DNA of 64,000 nt from Cycas panzhihuaensis (Eukaryota > Plantae > Cycadophyta): assembly GCA_023213395.1 (NCBI GenBank), contig CM041465.1:205227741-205291740 (forward strand), in the 5' to 3' direction. Position 1 is the stretch's first letter; every line of letters starts with the position of its first letter. The notes under the pieces were generated by a model, which saw only the letters and a list, made by a program, of their open reading frames with translations, had not been told where the DNA came from and did no database searches. Of this stretch, positions 54,479 through 64,000 are shown in pieces. A program made the translations under genes and the position numbers.

Positions 54479-57400
54479 ACTTTGACCCTAATTTATAGGG
54501 TGGCATTACCCCATCATCCCTGGTGTATTCCCACTATGTTTACCTATCTTCATGTAAGATGTTTAGAGGGAAATGGCCAAAACCATGTCCAAAAACCATG
54601 GTTTTGACCTCACTCCTCTCTCTCTCTTTTTCTATAAATACCCATCCATTTTTAGAATAAAAGAGGAGCTTTTATATAATGAAATGCTACCAAATTTTGC
54701 TAAATCCCTTCTTAGTAGTTTTCCTTATATCTTAAGTGGTTTTAGAGCTTTTTTCTTAGTGATTTGTGATGCTTGATTATGGAATTTAGAATCCATATTT
54801 AGGCCTTTTCCTTTCTTACCTTTAGATTTACTTCTCCATATATCCATTGTTCCCTCTTATCTTAGTGTTCTACTAGTTATTAACACACTTTCTCTTCCAC
54901 AATACCTTTTGTTGTGCCTTCTCTTATTTTCAAAGCATTAGGAGAAACTTTAAGGCATGTTGGATATAGATGTTGCATTAATCTAAGGCTCATTCCATCT
55001 CTATCTTATTAGGTTTAAAATATACTTTGTATTTATGCTTACTAATTGGTTAAAATTATTTTTTTATTAAAATATAATAAAATAAAATAAAAGAGTTTTA
55101 TTTTAATTTCATATCATTTTTCTTAAGTTATTGTGGTATCTGTTGTGTGAACTAATTTGGAAGATCAAATTAGTTTTGATTTCCAAATTATTTTTCATTA
55201 TTTAAGTATTCAAAGTTAATTTTTAGGATAGAATTAATTTCAATCCACAAATTGATTATCATTAGATTGAGTTCTTCCTTCTCATTCCTCACTCATATTT
55301 ACAATCCATTGAAAGATTGGTAAAACATAGTTGTAAAACCATGGCAACTATAAGTAGAGAGGTGAATGAAAAGGAAGATATCCATATAAAGTGGCCATAC
55401 TCTTCCTCATAGAGTTCTATTCATCTTTGACATTCTTTTCTCATTAAAATTTTCTAGTTGTAGCAAAAATACTACTAGAATTTTGATAGATCCTCCAAAA
55501 TTGAATTTAAGCTTTCAATTTAATGGTTTAAATCATACGTGTTATATTTTATTTAATTTGTTGATCTTAATCTAAAATGGTTTTAATAAAGTAAAAGGAA
55601 AAAGTATTGCTTCTTAGCATCACTGAAAGATACCTACTTTATTCTTTTCTTTTTTTTCATTATTACATCATCTTTAAGCTATATGAAAAGAGAAAAAGAA
55701 TGAGTACATGTGTTTATTATTGGTTGAAGTTGATTAAATGATTTATTAGATCATTTATTAGAGATTTATTCTTATTTGCTTGGAGAAAGAAAATAGTTTC
55801 ATTTTATCAAGTTGCATTAGATCTCTTAGACTTCTTACTTTCTTTCATTTCTAGTAACTAGATCACAAAAAGATTAAAATGAAAGTGAAAGAATTGTAAT
55901 TAGGATAAATGTAAGAGCAACTAAAGAATTCATATTTTCTTTTATTTTCTTGTCTCAATTAGGGCATATCCTTTATTTTTTCACTTAATCTCATAAAAAG
56001 AAAAGAGAAAAAAAAAATCTGATTTTACTTTGCAGAGATGTATTAGTATATATTTTACATTTATTTGCATAGTTAGGTTATTTACATGCAATCATAAATG
56101 CCATTTGTAGTTGCAATTTAATGAATTATTTGACCTTCCAAACCTAGGAAAAATTAAGGCCCTATCATAGGAATAATTCTTATTAAGATTATCACTTTTA
56201 CACATGTTAATGGGTATCTTAAACGTTGTTACCTAACTATCAATCTATAGAGTGAGGGACCCAAGGTAATTGAGACCTTGTGGACATAAGGAGAACCTAA
56301 GTACAATTAGAGAGGGTGAGTTCAATGGTTGTTCTGAAGAAAAACTCCTTAGTTAAAAGCTATTATTTTTGGCCTAACATGCTCAAAGTTCACCTAGTGT
56401 CCCAATGGAGATGCATAATTGCATATAGTACTTAAGCCTCAAACAACATCATCTCAACACTAAGGACTATAGTTATATTAGAGATTTCTTATTTCATTAA
56501 GCCCCATTTCTTGAAATAATATTAACACACATCTCTAGCTTATCATATCCATTTAAATCAGATAATCTCTTTCTCACTTGGGAAGGAGGGCATTGAGTTA
56601 CATTTGAGATATCCCATTCTATCATCTTAGGGTAAAGGCTATGTACCTTTCTCTTGAGACATAATGCATACACCCCATCCCCACCATGAAACCAATCAAA
56701 TTATAATCTTGAAATATATGGATTGATCTTGTGACAAATGAATTTTAGTAGAGATATTATTATTAGTTTTAAAATAAGTGGTTATAAGCCCCAAACAAAC
56801 ATTGTATGAGGAAGTTATACCAATTTGAAGTACACTATATTAAATACAAATTTTAGGAGGTTAAATTTATTTTAAATTATTAGTTTTTATTAAGGCCAAC
56901 TCTATCTTAAAATAATATGATATTTCAGAAAGAATTTGATATGTAACTATATAAAAGGAGTGGTTGGGTAATTTGGAAGGTTAAGCATTTGGAGTTTATA
57001 TGTTCTCTTCACTCCTTCTAGAGGAGGTGTTATTTTAAAGGGTTCCTTTATATCAAAGAGGGATAATTTATTATAGAAGATATTATATTATCTTTATAAC
57101 TATTTAATAAATATAAGTTATATTGTTAGATGCTATTTTATTTTATTGTGAAGTTATCATATCTATTATTATTTTATTTCTTTGTGCATTACCATATTTT
57201 CTGTTATTTTAAGTTAATGTATATCAAAGTTGTTATTGGTAATATTTATCTTTCATTTTTAAATAAATATTATTTCTTAAATTTTTGTTACTATTTACTA
57301 TTGGAATCAATGAGTAAACTTGTAAGGTCCACCATTAACAACATGAGAGTGTGATCTTAATTAATTAGGGTTTAAAATAAAATAACTATAATTTGGGCAA

Positions 57401-59924
57401 TGAAAAGTATAGAATTTCAAAAATATAACTATAGGGTTGAGATAGCTAAACTTGCATCACTAAGTGATTATACTACATACTTTGAAGTAGAATTATAGAT
57501 ATTTTAATGATTTTAATTAAGGCTTATATATAGTAATCATTTTTAAGGCCAAAAATTAAATACTATAAATTATAATAACTATAGGTATCCTATTATCCTT
57601 AATTTTTTTATAATTAGGTGTGTATCCATAAAAAATGATTTTTATTAAATTAGATATTAGGATAAAAAGTTACCAATTTATTTTTAAAGGTACTACCACT
57701 ATCCACAAGACCATCATTTTATTATCAACTTTAAGAGGTAACCAAAATATATAGGTCTCTAAATTGCCTTAAAATAGATTTATTGGAACTATTTCCTTTA
57801 CTCCCTTTCTATCATTGGGGATAATATTTAGTATTTTTAAGAAGAATATAATATATTTTAATTTTAGTGGTAAAAATCTATTTTTTCCTTAAATTTCTAT
57901 TAATATTTTTAAAAATTTTCCAAATTCCTTTTTGATATTCATGAAAATTCAATAAAATGCAAGTATCATTTTTTTAATACAAATATGAAGAGCCATTTTA
58001 ATATTCTACTTTTCATTGGGGTCAATACAATTTGACCCATAGAATAGATGGATAATATAGAGGAAATTTATAATTTATGGCATATTTAAATAAAATTTAG
58101 TTTTAGGCCAATTCAATCACATTTGGAAGGAGAGGTTGCTGATTAGTGCACTAGCTAGTATAAGAAGATCCTTGTATTTTATATTTAGAGGCTCTTTTTA
58201 ATAGACCCCCTTAAGAAAATTGATATATAATATTGGGAAGAATGGAGCCAACAATGGCATGATTATCCTCTCTTAAGTGTTAAGGATGAATGTCAAAATA
58301 GGCAAAAAGGAAAAACACTTTATTAAATTTATGAGATGGGTTACAGGAAATAGCAACCATCCTATAACACTATTTAGACAAAACCAATATCAAGTTTGAA
58401 GAAGCATATAAACTAGAATCCAAAAGTCTAAAGGATATACACAATAAATACATCATAGAGGAAAATCCTATTTATAATGAATCTAAAGAGAAATAAAGTA
58501 GTATGCATAAATCGAGTAAGGAAGTATATACATTGAAGCAGTATGAAAATGAATCAGCTACAAAATTTGAGTAGAATATCAACTTAAATTAGGTAACTAT
58601 TATGAGTTCAAATCCTACTTTATATACATCCATTTAGTTTAGTTATCTTATAATTATACTTGAATTCCCATGTCACATAACTTTATAGAATCCCATCCTC
58701 CCTATACTAGGGATCCACTGTTGATGCCAAACCTAAACTCTTCAGATCTAACCTTTTTATAGGGAAAATCATGATCTTCCTTAAGGTCACATGATGTGAT
58801 GCTTATACATGAGGGGTAAGGAGGAGGGTGGGGTTGGGTAAGTTATTTTCTATGAATAAAATAGGCACACACTTAATAAAAATCCATTGAGCATTATCAC
58901 CAAGATCTTTCAAAGGGATATGACTTTAACATTCATAAAGATAACAACCCAAAAGTATATAAGAAGGTGTAAGAACATTTACATTACACAAAGAGGATTA
59001 TAAACATACATGAGCCCTTTAGTCATACATTATAATTTGGACTTCTTTATATACCCTCTCAATAAATATATGACAACTTACTAATAGACTATGATACCTC
59101 TATTAATAATTCTACATATTACACATCTACTATGCTTCCATTTGCATGTGTATTATCTCCATCAATACTTTTGTATACTTCTTTCTACAGATCTCCTTTT
59201 ACAACTCTCCTTCTCCCTCTTTCTTCTGCTCTCTTCAAACTTTTTCCTTAAGTCATACTTTTTTAAATTTGCAATAGTTCAACTTCTAACATTTTTGTAT
59301 TCTCATGAGTATTAATAATTCATAACCCTAATATATTACCACTTTACACACTCACAAATTCATTATTTCATGAACACTCAGTTTTATGACCCCTACATTT
59401 TTGTAGATTCTCACAACCTTAAAAACTTACCATTACATAAACTATTACTCATATACCTCTAGTTTACATCTTATAACTTTCTCCTTTCTTAAAGCTTCCT
59501 AATTCATGGAAACTTTATGAACTATTTGCCTCATGTGATCCTAGTAACTCTATGTCTTTGATGAATTTCATACTTCACAACTTCATAGACTTACCATCCC
59601 ATAACTTATCTCTTTGCTAAACCAAGGGATGGTATTAAGACCTCATTTAGGACATTTCATATCAAAGCAATTATGTTAAAAATAGAATTAGGAATGTGAA
59701 AGTTTATAAAATAAAGAGAAAAGATGAAGATATTATGTAGGACTACATGGAAATAAGAATTAGTACTAACATTGAAGGAACTTGAAATATTATAATTTAT
59801 AGTTGAAGAATTAGAGAAAGATAAAACCATGAGATACAAAGTCTTAAAAATGATTAATAAAGACTTATTGATAAGTTATAATCATCAATATAGTAGTAGG
59901 AAGTATTTAGTAGTAAAATATATT

Positions 59925-60142
59925 ATTATGGAATTTGATGGAAGCCATGTAAGATGCAAGATTTGTTGGAGAAGTTAGAGTACTAGTCCCTGAGGGATGC
60001 TAAGAAGGTAGATTTTATTATATAGAGATTGACAAGATATGTTATAATATGGTGGAAGCATATGCAAGATAAGAGAAAAAAGAAGGGTAAATGGAAGACC
60101 GAGGCATAGAATAAGATGATAGATAGAGTTATGAATAAGTTT
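59925..60142 (+). pseudogene. gag: Chromovirus (CRM-like) gypsy gag remnant
   Basis: IMEFDG then KKVDFII*RLTRYVIIWWKHMQDKRKKKGKWKTEA*NKMIDRVMNKF, resembling the KV..V...L..YA..WW......R...GK....W.KM......KF Gag motif; PBS-like tggtattaaga at 59630-59640. Confidence 0.65.
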
Positions 60143-60745
60143 TAAAATGATGAGGAGGAGGAGGATGTATTTATTTATATAGGAAGAGGTATGTAGGAGG
60201 TCACATGAGGTAACATTACACTAAGGTGAGCTAAGTATCCATTGGTGTTATAAACTTTTGTTCCATTGGCAAAGGAAGCATATGTAAATGAGATCAAAGT
60301 GATTCATTATGGACCAATCTTAATGGAGATCAAGATCCCTTGATGATGAAGAGGATGAAGAGAATTAAAGGAAGTTCATAACTCAGGTTAAGACTTGCAT
60401 GATGTGAGTAGTTCATATAATTAGAATCCATAAGAATGAGGAAGTTTCAAGAAAGGAAGAAGTCACATAATGCAAAGCTAAGGTGTACAAGTAGTAGTTC
60501 ATAAAATGATAAGTTTAATAATTTATCCCCTTATACGAGCCTCATAACTTTGTGTCATTTGTTAATTCTACACTTTGTAACTTCATGGACTTACCATACT
60601 ACAACTTGTCTCTTTGATACTTCTCTTTTTTTTATAGACTTTTACTATGTGAGCTTACCATCCCATGCCCCTCACTTTGTAAACATATACCATTGTTATC
60701 ATATCACTTTACAAGCTTGTCCTCATGAACTTCTACCACACTACT

Positions 60746-63700
60746 TGAAGGAAAAATATGTATGGAGAATAAGGCAGAATATAAAAGAGATAATCTTAAA
60801 TAAATACATCATTGTTGCACAAATATGAGAGCCATTGTATTCAATCCATTGTAGTAAAGAGAGTTACAAATATCTAATATTATAAGTGGTGTCTAAAGGC
60901 ACCAGGGTTACACACCCCTCAAATTATATAGTTTAGAGGAAGAGGAAAACTCTTTAACACTTAAAATTTAAATAATAATAAAATAATATAAACTTAACTC
61001 AAAATAAACTTAACTTAAATTAACCAAACTTATCTTATACTTACCTACACATGTTGAACACCCATATGTGTAAATTGATGAAGATGAGCTATGCATTCCT
61101 AGTTAGAAGGTGAGAGAGGGGTGATGAGCATTAACCTCAATATTCTCCCCCTTAATGGTCATCACGAACAATGTCTTCTCTTTAAACTTATAGAATTTAT
61201 ACTTGAAAAAACTTTAAAATTCTATCTCTTAACTTGATCTTTATTAACTTGCTCTAACCTTGTATTAACATGTGTCCTTCTATCATGAAGTGGTGCAAAA
61301 AATCTATAAGTAAATGTAGCTGCAAAAAGTTGTAAATAAATGAAGCTTGATTCAAACATATATATGTAGCTATAGCTTTGACTTTGTCAACTGGAATATT
61401 AAGAAAACTTTGAACTTCAACTTTATCTTTTGAAAACTTTGTATTATGAATAACTATCATATCATTATATCTCTTCTCTATCATATCATAAGACTCATTC
61501 TCCCCCTCAAATAGAGGATCAGGTTCTTGTGCAACAAGTTGATCATGCATTTTATGTGAATCTTCCTTGATTTTGTTATTATAAAATACCTGTTCTCGTA
61601 CCTGTCTCACATGCTCAACAAAAGTAATATGAAATAAATTAAGGGTATCTCCCCCATAAGTAGAAATCAAAACATCCCATATGGATTTAGAAGTAGTTAA
61701 TTCATAAACTTTAGAAAAAAATATCATCATTCATAGTGCAAAATATTAAAGCTAATGCTTCACTATCTTTTTTAATATTTTCCTTAATATTAACATCATA
61801 GTCATCTTGTACATATTTCAAAAGATCATGTGTAATAAAATAATCTTATATTGTCCTATGCCATTATGAAAATTTATAGCCATCAAATGTAGGAAATTAC
61901 ACTTGATCATGATTGATTGCCATTTTACAAAAAACTTTAGTGCATAAAAGGAAATATATTTTTACTAAGTAAAAAAGATCAATAAACTAATAAACATATA
62001 TGATTTCAAATAAACTTTTTGAAAGAAATGTAATTCCCTTTGGATAGTAAATGTAAATAAGGAAATGACCTTTTAAATAAGGATGAATAAAAAATACCTT
62101 TTAAATAAACGACAAACATATAAGATCTAATTTTAGATAGAATTTTGAAATATGATAAATGTATAAGTAAATATTTAATATAACTAAGATCATCTTAATT
62201 ATGCCTGAATTGAAACTTTAAAGATAAAAATGTAACAGTTCTTAAGATAATCCTATTAGGATATACTTGAATGCTTAAGTTTAATAGCTTCAAAGCTATA
62301 CTAAATGATATCAGAATAAAGTAAAACTTTACCAGTATGAAGATTAATGAAATTCCTATTCAATAGAACTAACCGTTTCGAAAATGGGTTCCTATAAGTT
62401 AGGATTTGAATGAACCAAAGGTATAGGCCTCTTTTTTAGGCTTGACAGGAGCCTAGGGCTCAAAATAGTATATAAATGTTAATACAAAGTGCATAGAATA
62501 CTATAAAATAATCAATTATAGTTTAGAAAACTGCTTAATATATTTTTAACTAAAAAATTTTGAGAAATAATATATAAAAAGTGTGTAATAATGGCGAGTT
62601 AAAGGCTATTAAGTACCTCTATTTTAATACTTTTGAAAACTAGTAAAAACACTTCAAAACTTATAAAAAATAATGTTAGTTTGAAGAGGAGTGAGTTAGC
62701 TTCCCAAAAAAATTGATAGAACTAAATTATAATGTCAAACAAAAAAGTTATAATAAAATTAGCGACAAGTACTTTTATGGTAAAAAGTTTAAAAAGTGCT
62801 AAAAAACATTAAAGTGTCACTTTAGTCAATTTAAATAATGATTAAAATAATTCTTAAAAAATAAAGTAAATGGATGATAATAAATTTTTTTGATAGTAGT
62901 CAACTACAAAATAGATCTGGGTGGAAAGTAATCTTCTGGTGATAAGATATAATCTATTAAAAAAGTGATTTTGTAAAAAGGTTTAAAATGGCTTTAAAAT
63001 TAAATGATCGACTTTAAACTGAATGAAACAGGGTCAAATCAACTCCAAATAGGTCATATAACCAGTCAAAATCAAATTTCAGAAAATTTTAGATGTAATG
63101 GGACTAGTTTTGTTAGAACCCGATGACCTAGTAAAACGTTATGGCAAAAAAATGCCAATTACCCTATGTAAAATGAAAAATTTTTTAAATAAAAAGGAAA
63201 AAAAAATTATAAACTTTTGTTGGCCTCTTTAATGATAAGTTAAGGTCATGTGAGGGCTTTAGGTGATTGGGGGCTAGAGTGTAAAGGGGCTAATATTTTT
63301 AAAATATAGATTTAAAAATTTATATATTATAATTCAAAATTTTAAAAAATTTATAAAAAAGAAATAAAATATTTTTGTCGCCAACTTGCTGTCACCAAGT
63401 TGTGTATGCATAGACGTCTATCAGGTGGTCATGCCTATGATGCAGTTGCACCTATTCCACTCCCAAGCCACCCTTCGTCGCCCTCCTACACTACTACTGG
63501 ACCAGATGTGAAGGATTTCTCAAGTAGATCAATAACGATGATGCCAAAGGGGAGATGCCAATAAGGATCTCTCCAAATCTCAGATATGGGCAGGTTTGAG
63601 TTGGTTTTTGTAAATAAAATATGGACTTTAATAGTAGGGGATTTAGGATTTGATTTGCTATGTGTGCCATCACTTGAATTAGTATATGCAAAGTACTTGA

Positions 63701-64000
63701 AATTGGTGGATAGATGGTTGTAGAGAGTAAGCAATCAAAGAACTAATATGGTGAATTTAGGTCATCCAGATTAGAAGAGGAATGGTCAGAAGCTTTCATC
63801 ATTAGATTTGAAGTAGGATATTGAATTTCATCTTGGTGAATTCCTTTAAGATAGGGGGCTTCAGAAATCACCCACTATTTTATCAGACAATGATAGGTAA
63901 AACTTTTGCAAGATGGATTTAGTTAAAGAAAATAATATTGATAGGCAACCCACTTCAAGTGGTAAGAAGAGGAATGATTCTTTGTTAGGTATATTGGATT
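60746..64000 (-). mobile_element. Non-autonomous copia derivative F (B family), 5' end outside window
   Basis: PPT complement TTCTCCCCCTTAA 61143-61155; probable 3' LTR ~60746-61142 (left end tentative); truncated Gag from ATG 61923; leader 62250-63150 aligns in patches with B 12280-13200. Confidence 0.82.
61254..61923 (-). pseudogene. gag: Gag N-terminal domain fused to an unrecognised tail in F
   Basis: MAINHDQV*FPTFDGYKFS*W...KENIKKDSEALALIFCT..TTSKSIWDVLISTYGG matches B Gag; the remainder of ORF 61254-61730 is not recognisable as PR/INT/RT. Confidence 0.8.

Noticed and set aside
55100-58700. Host gene exons or promoter in the unassigned AT-rich stretch
   Set aside because: No credible ORF, splice pattern or recognisable motif; probably very old TE debris.

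Overview
AT-rich, gene-free plant heterochromatin-type DNA made almost entirely of nested LTR retrotransposons of different ages. I found no host gene, tRNA/rRNA gene or CRISPR array. The oldest recognisable layer is a decayed Tat-like Ty3/gypsy element on the + strand: gag ~3.7 kb, protease ~5.4 kb, RT-RNaseH-integrase 43.9-47.2 kb. It is split by Ty1/copia insertions, labelled here: A (~7494-22250, -) containing the youngest element B (10562-18917, +, TSD ATACA); C (24327-32321, -); truncated D (~32948-43904, -) containing non-autonomous E (34198-37926, +) and Tork/Tnt1-like G (38372-43721, -, TSD TACTT); and a G-family solo LTR (45215-45834). Further right lie non-coding LTR element H (51561-54478), a CRM-like gag remnant (~60 kb) and non-autonomous F (60746 to beyond the window end). 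There are two ~0.8-1 kb (AT)n arrays. Most interesting: B, C, E and F form one long-leader copia family. The full-length members (B, C) share a ~390-nt GC-rich, base-pairing domain just upstream of gag and have a Q/N-rich (YQG-repeat in C) insert in Gag. The short members (E, F) keep the Gag N-terminal domain but lack the RNA domain and the Q/N region. Element A is flanked by a ~655-bp duplication instead of a simple TSD. All alignments and translations were done by eye, so boundaries of old elements may be off by a few bases.
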